Notes under the pieces: generated by a model
Databases searched by the model: none
Told to the model about the DNA's origin: nothing
The model's input: only the letters and a program-made list of their open reading frames with translations
Program-made: the position numbers and the translations under genes
NCBI GenBank assembly: GCA_963846315.1
Contig: CAWJVM010000007.1
Coordinates: 24,288 to 88,287 of the forward strand
Direction: 5' to 3'
DNA length: 64,000 bases
From: an uncultured Gammaproteobacteria bacterium
Lineage (GTDB): Bacteria > Pseudomonadota > Gammaproteobacteria > Steroidobacterales > Steroidobacteraceae
Shown here: positions 1 through 7,960 of the stretch, piece after piece
Layout of the letters: each line of letters begins with the position of its first letter
How positions within the stretch are numbered: position 1 is the first letter of the stretch

Positions 1-961
1 GGTCGCGGCCACCATCCGCACGCTCGAAGTGGACTTCGACTTCCGCCAGCGGGTTGATGCTCCGGATCAGGTTCTCCTTGGCGCGCTCGCCCCAGAGCAG
101 CTTTACGTACTTAGTCGCCGTGGCCAGGGTCTTTTCCGTGACCGTGTCGCGCAGCAGGTCCTCCAGGGTCAGGTTGCTGAAGTCGTCGCGGCGGAACAGG
201 GTCGACAGCGCAGTGGAGTGCGCCTCGCCGATGCGAAAATCGGCGTCGATCAGGAACAGTCCGTCCTTGACCGTGCTCAGGATGTCGCGCGTCTGGTTCC
301 GTGCCTCGACGGCGATGCGCTCGTGACGGGCCTTCAACCACTGGAAATACGCGAGCAAAGCCACCAGCAGCCCGGCGAAGACGACGCCGGTGATCATCAG
401 GGTGCGCAGGGTGGCGGACGCAGTGACGACCTGCTGCTGCAGGCTCGAGCTGACCGACGACAGGGCTGAATTCAGCCGATCCGTCGCATCACGTCCGGTC
501 TTGATGGCTTGCCGCGCATCCCTCAGCAACTGCTGTCCGGCCGCGTTCAGCTGCACGCCGGCCGAGTCCGAGTCGCGATAGGGCAGGCCTTTGAACCCGG
601 CCACAGGCGCCAGGGTCTTGCGGTACGCGGACCACGTGCTTTGGATCGCATGCAGTTCGGCCGAATCGCCGGCAGCCGACTGCTGGAGCTGCGCCAGGCT
701 CCGATCGAACTCTTGCATCGTCGTCCCGAGGTCCCTGAGGGTCTGGGCGACGTAAACGCCTGACGCGAGCCGGTCGCGGATTGCCACCAGCGAACTGGCC
801 ATCGCTGCTGGCTGGCCACGCTGCTCGCTCGCCAGCTTGAGGGCGGCGGTGTCGGCGGCCAGCTGACTGGCGAGCCGGTAACCGGGTACCAGCACCAGTC
901 CGATGAAGGCAACGAGCAGCACCAGGAAGCCGACTGTCGCGGCTCGGTCGCGCAAGTGCAC
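1..961 (-). CDS. membrane-bound sensor protein, N-terminal part (C-terminus lies beyond window start)
   Basis: Own translation of the minus strand; the frame is absent from the ORF track because it runs off the window. GTG at 961-959 gives VHLRDRAATVGFLVLLVAFIGLVLVPGYRLASQLAADTAALKLASEQ... Layout: TM helix, about 170-aa helical periplasmic segment, second TM (LMITGVVFAGLLVALLAYF), then a PAS-like stretch (ILSTVKDGLFLIDADFRIGEAHS). G/C-rich third positions in this frame. An in-frame TTG at 1012 is an alternative start. Confidence 0.5.
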   Translation of the reverse strand, partial: MHLRDRAATVGFLVLLVAFIGLVLVPGYRLASQLAADTAALKLASEQRGQPAAMASSLVAIRDRLASGVYVAQTLRDLGTTMQEFDRSLAQLQQSAAGDSAELHAIQSTWSAYRKTLAPVAGFKGLPYRDSDSAGVQLNAAGQQLLRDARQAIKTGRDATDRLNSALSSVSSSLQQQVVTASATLRTLMITGVVFAGLLVALLAYFQWLKARHERIAVEARNQTRDILSTVKDGLFLIDADFRIGEAHSTALSTLFRRDDFSNLTLEDLLRDTVTEKTLATATKYVKLLWGERAKENLIRSINPLAEVEVHFERADGGRD

Positions 962-1017
962 CGCGAGCCGTTCAGTCAGCGTTTGCTGCCCGCGCGGGCT
1001 CCGGGGGTCCAAGCGGG

Positions 1018-3195
1018 TCATGGTTGTTTCACTTCCTCGGGTCGGAAGACGATCTCGGTCATAACGGTCGCCTCGATGTCTGGATCGGTGGCCGAGAGCG
1101 GCTTGAAGCGCCAGCGCCGAACCGCGTCGAGCGCTGCCTTGTCGAACACCGCAGCCGGGTTCGAAGTCACGACCGTCGCCGACTTGACCTTGCCGTCCGC
1201 GGCGACAGTGATGCGGACTCGAACGTCGCCGCGGACGCCTTTCTTCAACGCGCCCGGCGGGTACTCCGGCGAGACGTACCGTGTGCGCTGGATTTCGGGC
1301 GGCGGCCCCTGCTTCGTCACGGGCGTCGCGCGCGCCGCCGCGATTGCACGCTCGAGCATGTCCACGTCGGCGAGGCTGAGCCCGAGTCGCCGGGCGGCGG
1401 CCGTATTCGCCTGCGCCGCATCGAGGTTGCGGTCAAGCAGCGCTTTTCGCCCACTTTCCAGCAACGCGTCGGACAAGGCCCGGCTGCTCGCGACGACTGC
1501 GCTGCCGGACGGATCCTCGGCGCGCAGCGCGTTCAGGTAAGCGACTGCGCTGTCCTGGGATGGTTCGAGCAGGCGTCCGTCACGGATGCGATCCTGCACC
1601 AGTTGGGCAAGGCGCGCGGACGCCGTGTTGTCCGGCTGCGCCGCGGCGGCAGGTGGCGCGACGCGCGTCGCGGCGGCCAGTCGCGTGGGGCTGACTCCGA
1701 GTTCACGTGCTTCCGCGACCCAGCGCTCCAGATCATCTCGCCGCGCCTGGGCCGCGGCGTCGTGAATCTTGAGCAGGTAGGCCTGCTGCAGCTCCGCTGT
1801 CGCGGAATCCGCCAGCCGCCTCGGGTCCGAAGGTACCTTGCGCAATTGCGCGAGGTAGGTCTTCGCGCTGTCGTTGGGTGGATCAACCAGCGATCCCTCG
1901 CGAATTCGCCTCGTGACGAGTTGCGCCAGCACCTGCGCGCGGGCATCGCCTTGCCGGCGAGCGATCACGTCGCGCCAGTGCGCGGCGACCGGCGCAGGCA
2001 ACGTGCCGAGCTGCGAACCCTGCTGCAGCAACTGGTTGGCTCGATCGACATTTCCGGCCTCGAGGGCCGCCGCAATCTGCGCTTCCGTCACCTTGGCGTC
2101 GATCTGGATCAAGCCGGGATCGCCCGGGCGGATGAACTTGAGCTGGGCGAGCGTGCCTGCGGCGTCGTTGATCCTTCGCTGCGCCAATTCGGACTGCAAC
2201 CGCTCGTCGAGCAGGGCGCCAATTCGCTGCATGCCTTCCTTTGCTTCGTCGTTCGCGGGATCCTGTGTGAGCACGGCGCGGAAATAGGCGAGGGCATTGT
2301 CGCCCTCCGGTTCCGTGTAGTGACGGGCAGCCAAGGCAATGCGCGCCTTGTCGAGCAGTTCGTCGCTCGAACCGGCCGGCACGGGAGCCGCTGCTCTTGT
2401 CGAAGGCAGGGATTGGGAATCCACCTTCTGCGATGCCGAAGCAGCGGCAGGGGTCACGCGCGCGTCCGGACTCTGCGAGCGCAGCGCAAACCACGCCAGG
2501 GCAGCCGCAACAAGCGCGACACCCGCGATGATGCCGGCCCAGGCGCGTGGGCGGCCACCGCCCGTCGCGCGCATCGCGGATGCTGTGGCCGGGGCCGTTG
2601 TCGCCACGTCGCCGCTGCGCTCCAGATCCGCGAGGGTGGATGACGATGCCGCCAACTCGATTGTCGGTGCTGCAACGATCGGTGCTGGGACGCTGGCGAT
2701 GGAATGCGCGACCACGGTGTATCGAGCAAGGGCTTCACCGCTCGCGCCTTCGAGGACAGCCATCGTCTGGCCGGTCTCGATCGGAATGGGCAGGATCGCG
2801 AAGGTGGCCGATCCCCTGATGGAACTCGAGACGCTGGCGCTGTCTTCCGCCGGCGCCAGCACGATGACGATGCAGGTGCCGTCCGGCGACTGGAGCCGCG
2901 CCACGGTCTCGGCAAGGACCGTGTGCCCACGCGCATCGAGCAGCACCACGCACGGTTGCAGCGGCCGGATGAATTCGCTTGCTGCATCGACCGATTCGAC
3001 GTGCCGGATCATGGACTCGCCGTCCAGTGCCAGGCCGATCTGTTCAAGCAGCGAGTCGTCGTCCGTCAGGGCGATGAATTCCACGCGCGGCGGGTGCGCA
3101 GTTCTTGACTTGCCGGCCGGCACGGGAGCGGGTCGCACAGGAGCGGGCGCAGGTATTGCGGACAACGAAACGTTCCTCCAGCTGACGCGAGCCAC
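1018..3195 (-). CDS. TonB C-terminal-domain protein with N-terminal CheY-like segment, one TM helix and long helical-repeat periplasmic region
   Basis: 725-aa ORF. The C-terminus fits the TonB_C pattern (YPPGALKKGVRGDVRVRITVAADGKVKSATVVTSNPAAVFDKAALDAVRRWRFKP). TM helix WAGIIAGVALVAAALAWFAL. N-terminus VEFIALTDDD...VVLLDARG resembles a receiver fold. The middle is an Ala/Arg/Leu-rich TPR/Sel1-like repeat region. Confidence 0.75.
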   Translation of the reverse strand: MARVSWRNVSLSAIPAPAPVRPAPVPAGKSRTAHPPRVEFIALTDDDSLLEQIGLALDGESMIRHVESVDAASEFIRPLQPCVVLLDARGHTVLAETVARLQSPDGTCIVIVLAPAEDSASVSSSIRGSATFAILPIPIETGQTMAVLEGASGEALARYTVVAHSIASVPAPIVAAPTIELAASSSTLADLERSGDVATTAPATASAMRATGGGRPRAWAGIIAGVALVAAALAWFALRSQSPDARVTPAAASASQKVDSQSLPSTRAAAPVPAGSSDELLDKARIALAARHYTEPEGDNALAYFRAVLTQDPANDEAKEGMQRIGALLDERLQSELAQRRINDAAGTLAQLKFIRPGDPGLIQIDAKVTEAQIAAALEAGNVDRANQLLQQGSQLGTLPAPVAAHWRDVIARRQGDARAQVLAQLVTRRIREGSLVDPPNDSAKTYLAQLRKVPSDPRRLADSATAELQQAYLLKIHDAAAQARRDDLERWVAEARELGVSPTRLAAATRVAPPAAAAQPDNTASARLAQLVQDRIRDGRLLEPSQDSAVAYLNALRAEDPSGSAVVASSRALSDALLESGRKALLDRNLDAAQANTAAARRLGLSLADVDMLERAIAAARATPVTKQGPPPEIQRTRYVSPEYPPGALKKGVRGDVRVRITVAADGKVKSATVVTSNPAAVFDKAALDAVRRWRFKPLSATDPDIEATVMTEIVFRPEEVKQP

Positions 3196-3482
3196 GGCGC
3201 CTGATTCGATGGCAATTGCTCGGCGAAGTGTAAATAGGACTCACTCGCCAACCTTGTGCCACGTCACAGAATCGGAAAAGGATCTCGCGCTTCCGTCTTG
3301 CCAAGGCGCGTGCGGCCCGATCGAGACGGTGGGCGAGCCGCGTTATGTCGAGCCAACGAGTGGGGACATTTCTGCTTGGCAGGAATGTGGGCATCTGCAG
3401 TTTGGCTTCACGAGGGAAGTGCGCTTAATGTTCAGCCCAAGCGGGCAGGCGTCCGCCCTGGTGACTGCGGCCGGGCGATCGT

Positions 3483-4400
3483 TCAGCGCGGCCTGATCCG
3501 GTCCGCGATGATCGAGCCGTCCGTGGCCACTCGGCCGCGCACTTCGACGTAGTCACCTGGTGCCGGGGATTTGTCGATGCGCGTGCCGCCGGAGACCCCG
3601 AGCGTCAACCCGTCGAGTCGCCAGCGACCGGTCAGTTCGCCATGCAGCCGGACCTCGGCACCTGCGGGAACAGGCGCCGGCTGACCCTCGGCATCACGCG
3701 CACCCTGGCGGATCCATTCGACGATGAGCTTGATGTCATCGTCGGGCAGGTACGGCGGTCCGTCGAACGGCATGCGGGGCTGGGCCTGGCCACGCACACG
3801 TCGCACCAGTTCGCTGGCTTCGGGGTGTCCAGGCACCACCCGAACTCGATCGGCAATTGACAGCGTCGCCTCGTACGACGTCAGGCGGTAGCCTTCCGGG
3901 GCCGGTCCCATGAGACCGCGCTCGGCGTGGCACTTGGCGCAGCGCGTGGCGAGAATCGGCGCGACGTGCAGGTAGGTGACCGCTTCGCCCGGGCCCGGTC
4001 GTCGCGGCGCAGCGGGCTTCGTCGCGGCGGCACGCGACTCCGGGCCTGCCGCCAGGCCGGTTGCGATCCAGCGCTCGAACCGGGTGATCTCATCGTCGGC
4101 GAGAAACGGTGGGCCGGTCATCGGCATGCGCGGCTGGCTCGTACCGCGGAGACGCCGGATGAGTTCGCTATCCGCTGCATTGCCGGTCTTGACGATCGGA
4201 CCGTTACGACTGCCGGCGAGCAAACCCTCGAGGCTGTCGAGCCGAAGTCCGAGTGGAGCTCCGTCACCTTGATGGCACATCACGCATCTGGACGACAGGA
4301 TCGGTGCCAGATCCGCATAGGTCACGTCCTGCGCCCGAACGGACGTCGAGCAACAAATAGCGGCCCAAGCGGTGATGATCCAAACCGACTTAGTCGTCAT
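3483..4400 (-). CDS. secreted dihaem c-type cytochrome-domain protein
   Basis: 305-aa ORF with a signal peptide (MTTKSVWIITAWAAICCSTSVRA). Two CxxCH motifs (CVMCH, CAKCH) sit in two internally repeated modules (...LRGxxQPRMPxxGPPxLxDDxI...), reminiscent of planctomycete-type cytochrome c domains. C-terminal beta-rich tail. Confidence 0.7.
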   Translation of the reverse strand: MTTKSVWIITAWAAICCSTSVRAQDVTYADLAPILSSRCVMCHQGDGAPLGLRLDSLEGLLAGSRNGPIVKTGNAADSELIRRLRGTSQPRMPMTGPPFLADDEITRFERWIATGLAAGPESRAAATKPAAPRRPGPGEAVTYLHVAPILATRCAKCHAERGLMGPAPEGYRLTSYEATLSIADRVRVVPGHPEASELVRRVRGQAQPRMPFDGPPYLPDDDIKLIVEWIRQGARDAEGQPAPVPAGAEVRLHGELTGRWRLDGLTLGVSGGTRIDKSPAPGDYVEVRGRVATDGSIIADRIRPR

Positions 4401-4700
4401 GGTCGCCCTCGATCGAATGTTAGCTCATCGGCGCCGCTGCGCCTGCCGGTGCGTTGATCAGGAGCAATGCACGGGCGACACTATTGTCAGGCGTGTCACA
4501 AGCGGTGGCGTGAATCGCAGCCGCCCTCTTTGCGAAATCCGAAGTCTGTGTCGACGCGTTCAGCAAGACGCGGGTGCCCTGGCGTTGTCGCGGCAATGGT
4601 TGTTGCTCCCGCCGCAATGATTACAGTGTTCTGGACCCATTTCGTCTAGTGATCGCCGACGTTCTTACGCTTGCAATGCCCGCATCGAGTTATCGAAAGC

Positions 4701-4729
4701 GGTGCGCATAAATGTATAGCAAGTGTCGC
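4701..4729 (+). other. degenerate dif-like junction 1 (XerC-type arm + TGTATA core, no XerD arm)
   Basis: GGTGCGCATAA-A-TGTATA-GCAAGTGTCGC. The left arm is identical to the E. coli dif XerC arm as recalled, with one extra A before the core. The right arm is unrelated to a XerD arm. Confidence 0.6.
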
Positions 4730-4838
4730 GAAGGCCCACCGACAATGTATAAAAGACAAGCGGATAGGGCGCTCTCCCGAGCAGGCAATGTGTCATGAGT
4801 CACTTATTTAGCCTGTCGAATATTCCAGACTGGCTGTC

Positions 4839-5921
4839 ATGAGTCGCGACTTGCCATCGTTAACCGGCCTCCGTGGAATCGCAGCGCTGTGGGTGCTTGG
4901 CTATCACACGATGCTTGCTCTTCAGCGCTTAGGTTCTCCGATCGCAATTCCGGTTGGAGTATTCGGTCGCGCCGGCTACCTTGGAGTTGACGTCTTCTTT
5001 GTCCTATCGGGATTCGTCATTGCCTACAACTATGCAGACGGCCGGAAATGGACACCGGCCTCATACGGGTCGTTTCTTTGGAAGCGACTCGCGCGAATCT
5101 ATCCCGTACACCTGGCGGGCCTCGCACTCGTCGGCGTCTTCCTGCTGTGCATGGCCATAGGCACAAAAGTCGCGTCGCACACACTTCCCCAGTTGGTTGC
5201 TTCGATCGCGCTTGTCCAAGCTTGGAGCGTTCCGGTGCGAGCGACGTGGAACGTCGTATCCTGGTCGGTAAGCCTTGAGTGGGCTGCGTATCTCACCTTT
5301 CCGGCTATCGCTCTCGCAGCAGGAAGACTCCGATCGACGGGAGTAATCGTGGGTGTGGTGGCGGTACTGTTCCTTTCCCTGTTTCTCGTGGCAACGTCCG
5401 TTCCTTTCCAGGGGACGATGGCATATGGCGTATTTCGGGTCGCCGCCGAATTCACGTCGGGCGTCTTGCTGTTCCGTCTCTGGACCCTGCGGCACGACGC
5501 TGTCACATCATGCGTTGCAATTGCGGCACTAGCGACTCTTGTCTTTGGAGGGAGCGCACTCGACTATTTAAGCGGCGAGCACGCCGCGTTCATATACATC
5601 ACATTCTTCTCCGCCGTCGTGGTCTATAGCCTGGCTTGCGCACCGTCGGCCTTCAATGGCTTGGTGCTCCAGCACCTCGGCAGGATGTCGTACTCGCTCT
5701 ATATCGTGCACGACGTGGTCCTGAACTTCGCCAAAATGACTGTCGCGAAATACGCCTTCGCGCCTGCGTGGATACTAGCTGGCAGTCTGTTCGCCATTGC
5801 GTTTGGGCATCTTTTTTACACTTATCTGGAAAAACCGGCGAGAACGCGGATGCTGAGCATCACAGAACGGTTCGTCAAAGGACGAAGCGCGTTGAGCAGG
5901 GGTACAACCGCTACTGAATAG
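4839..5921 (+). CDS. acyltransferase family 3 (OafA/Oac-like O-acyltransferase), polytopic membrane protein
   Basis: 360-aa ORF. The N-terminus LTGLRGIAALWVLGYHT...GVDVFFVLSGFVIAY is the typical acyltransferase_3 signature. About 10 hydrophobic helices. Lower-GC codon usage than neighbouring genes. Confidence 0.85.
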   Translation: MSRDLPSLTGLRGIAALWVLGYHTMLALQRLGSPIAIPVGVFGRAGYLGVDVFFVLSGFVIAYNYADGRKWTPASYGSFLWKRLARIYPVHLAGLALVGVFLLCMAIGTKVASHTLPQLVASIALVQAWSVPVRATWNVVSWSVSLEWAAYLTFPAIALAAGRLRSTGVIVGVVAVLFLSLFLVATSVPFQGTMAYGVFRVAAEFTSGVLLFRLWTLRHDAVTSCVAIAALATLVFGGSALDYLSGEHAAFIYITFFSAVVVYSLACAPSAFNGLVLQHLGRMSYSLYIVHDVVLNFAKMTVAKYAFAPAWILAGSLFAIAFGHLFYTYLEKPARTRMLSITERFVKGRSALSRGTTATE

Positions 5922-6086
5922 GTCAAAGCAATTAAGACGTTGCGGCCGAAGCAGCGCGGCTCAAATTCGCCGCTGCAACCCTAATCGGTCAGGCGCTCTT
6001 CGAGATGGGTCACTTGGAGATGTCGGCTGCGGCCACCAGCCCAGTCTATAAAGTCTTTCGAGCACATGACTTGTTAGAGACGCGCC

Positions 6087-6171
6087 GTGGCGACGGTCGT
6101 GCCGGCGCTCTTCGATCCCGCTGTCGTACCGGCGGCGAGGGCGTTGTACGGCACAAAGGTGGCTCCGGTCC
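6087..6171 (+). repeat. conserved non-coding blocks, copy A (paralogous to 9449-9641)
   Basis: GTGGCGACGGTCGTGCCGG (6087-6105), GCTGTCGTACC (6120-6130) and CAAAGGTGGCTCCGGTCC (6154-6171) recur in the same order at 9449-9467, 9483-9493 and 9624-9641. Each copy ends about 25 nt before a dif-type site. Confidence 0.7.
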
Positions 6172-6198
6172 CTCAAGGAACTGGAGCACGTCACACCG

Positions 6199-6226
6199 GG
6201 CACGCATAATGTATAGCAAGCACAAT
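6199..6226 (+). other. degenerate dif-like junction 2
   Basis: GGCACGCATAA-TGTATA-GCAAGCACAAT. XerC-type arm and identical core. The right arm begins GCAAG, as at junctions 1 and 3. Confidence 0.6.
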
Positions 6227-6320
6227 TCTTGCCGCTGAAAGATCAGCAATCGAATCAGTAACTTGCGCCAGTCTCGCCGATGTGCAAACTGGAGGTACGC
6301 GCCAATCAGGAGACGCACGG

Positions 6321-6869
6321 ATGGCGGACTCGCCAGGCACCGACCCCGCTTTGGAACAACACATCGCTGAAGTTCACCGGCGAGTTGGCCGCAATGTCAT
6401 CCGAGTGCAGCGGCTAGAAGGCGCGCTCAAAGCACTCGTTCCGTACCTAGACATTCAAGGGGCAGCGCACTGTCTGGATGGCCTCGATGAACGTGCAGCA
6501 CGGACTGCGAATCAGACGCTGGGGCAGTTGATCAGGTCTTTTCGGAATTCGTTTACGTCCGAAAGTCTGGAGATGCGTCGCGAGTTGGAAACCATCCTTG
6601 CAGGCCGCAATGAGCTTATTCACCAATTTCACAAGACCTATGGTCCATTGTGGAGGGATCACAACGGTCGGGGCGCGATTGTCGCGAAATTGGATGCGCA
6701 GTTTGAACAGGTCACCAAATTTGAGCAGGTCCTGCTCGATTTAATAGTGCAATTGCTTCGGATACTCCGGGACTGCCAAGATTCGGATTCCGAGGCATTC
6801 CAAGCGTTCGAAGAAACTTACCGCCAAGTGGAATCCGCCCTTCGCCCCCATATGGCGAACGACGCCTAA
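6321..6869 (+). CDS. hypothetical helical protein (IMEX 2 cargo)
   Basis: ORF track 6282..6869. I prefer ATG 6321, preceded by AGGAGA 8 nt upstream. Predicted all-helical and charged (…LEGALKALVPYLD…ILAGRNELIHQFHK…), with no motif I recognise. The stop TAA (6867-6869) lies inside the XerC-like arm of junction 3. Confidence 0.55.
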   Translation: MADSPGTDPALEQHIAEVHRRVGRNVIRVQRLEGALKALVPYLDIQGAAHCLDGLDERAARTANQTLGQLIRSFRNSFTSESLEMRRELETILAGRNELIHQFHKTYGPLWRDHNGRGAIVAKLDAQFEQVTKFEQVLLDLIVQLLRILRDCQDSDSEAFQAFEETYRQVESALRPHMANDA

Positions 6870-6886
6870 TGTATAGCAAGCCTTCT
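6859..6886 (+). other. degenerate dif-like junction 3
   Basis: ACGACGCCTAA-TGTATA-GCAAGCCTTCT. Weaker XerC-type arm, identical core, GCAAG right arm. Confidence 0.5.
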
Positions 6887-7022
6887 TTTTGAGACTCCCA
6901 AACAATAAGCACAATCAAAGAGTTGCAAGATATTGCTCAGTGTGCAAACTGCACGATGCCGGGGGGCTGCAGCGATGTTCCCGTACCCTCGCCGTGACCG
7001 AGGCAAACAGCCGGAATGTTGA

Positions 7023-7496
7023 TTGGAACCGCAGGCTTCAGAAGAAGGGGCTACACAGGTCCTTGTAGTGGCTGAACAAAACAAAGTCATCGAAGGCAAA
7101 CAATTCGACTCGCCGCTTGTATTGCCTGGCGCCAGTAACGTCGAGCCACAGCGCTACATTGCTGAGATGCCGTATGAACTCACGAAGTATGAGTTCGTGG
7201 TCTTACGGCGACGGGGGACGTCGCATCTGCTTTTCACAAGCGCTGTGAGCGCCACAGTTGGCATCGCCTTAATGCTCACAGGCAAGTTTGTTTCCGGCGT
7301 GATTACACAACAGCAGCCCGATTGGCATAAATGGGAACTGGTGACGCTGGGGTGCGGAATCGTGCTGAGTATTGTCTTGACGTTTGTTCGGTCGCGCGAT
7401 GACAAGGAGCGAGAGCAATTAGAAGAGGTGATCAATAGCCATTTTCAGGCCAACAAGCCTCGCCGCGTGCACGTCACCGCAGGATCCGACCAATGA
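7023..7496 (+). CDS. hypothetical membrane protein (2 TM), IMEX 3 cargo
   Basis: 157-aa ORF starting at TTG; the internal start MPYELTKY is possible. Two hydrophobic helices (LLFTSAVSATVGIALMLTGKFV; LVTLGCGIVLSIVLTFV) followed by a charged tail. The stop overlaps the next start (ATGA at 7493-7496). Confidence 0.5.
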   Translation: MEPQASEEGATQVLVVAEQNKVIEGKQFDSPLVLPGASNVEPQRYIAEMPYELTKYEFVVLRRRGTSHLLFTSAVSATVGIALMLTGKFVSGVITQQQPDWHKWELVTLGCGIVLSIVLTFVRSRDDKEREQLEEVINSHFQANKPRRVHVTAGSDQ

Positions 7497-7960
7497 GACT
7501 CGACAGTCTTCCACCGCGGTTTGTCCCTTATAACCGCATGAAGATCAGGACCAACACGCTTGAGAACGCTACCGCGATCTTTTCGGTCAATGGGTCTATC
7601 CCGTTGCTGATTGGGCAGGGTTTTCCTCCCAGGGTCTGGCTATCACTACCAGCCAACCGCGAAGCGGATCAGTGGGTTCCATTGATCAAAGAGAACTTTT
7701 CATCGCATCCCGATGTAAAGGTACAGGCTCTTGGAAAAAGAGTCCTGGTTCAGGCCAAGGGACAATCGGTCATACATGTAATGCAGAACGACGGTGGCGA
7801 CCTGATGTTCTTGAAACTGGATTTGCGTCCTTTCGGACTAGACGTTTTCACGGACGACAACATGCTGCACGTGATGGGCAACACCTTGTCGGGAAACACG
7901 TTCAAAAATGTGAGCGTCGCAATTGGTATCGGTCGACCAGGCGTTGGGAATAAACCCTAA
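7493..7960 (+). CDS. hypothetical soluble protein, IMEX 3 cargo
   Basis: 155-aa ORF translationally coupled to 7023..7496. No recognisable motif. The 3' end overlaps the convergent rep stop. Confidence 0.5.
   Translation: MRLDSLPPRFVPYNRMKIRTNTLENATAIFSVNGSIPLLIGQGFPPRVWLSLPANREADQWVPLIKENFSSHPDVKVQALGKRVLVQAKGQSVIHVMQNDGGDLMFLKLDLRPFGLDVFTDDNMLHVMGNTLSGNTFKNVSVAIGIGRPGVGNKP

Larger units (their letters stand above)
4701..6226. mobile_element. IMEX remnant 1 (oldest Xer-integrated element), carries acyltransferase gene
   Basis: Bounded by dif-like junctions at 4701-4729 and 6199-6226. Visibly AT-richer than the flanks. The right end (6087-6198) shares sequence blocks with the right end of element 3. 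No rep or xafT-like gene remains. Confidence 0.5.
6199..6886. mobile_element. IMEX 2: about 0.66-kb single-gene cassette flanked by dif-like junctions
   Basis: Lies between junctions 6199-6226 and 6859-6886 and contains only the ORF 6321-6869. Shares the 11-mer TGTGCAAACTG with element 3 at the same offset from the TGTATA core. Confidence 0.5.

Noticed and set aside
4741-4760. A fourth dif-like site (ACAATGTATAAAAGACAAG) just right of junction 1.
   Set aside because: Only the AATGTATA core region matches. There is no XerC-type arm (CGCATAA) and no GCAAG arm. It is probably a chance match or a decayed remnant.
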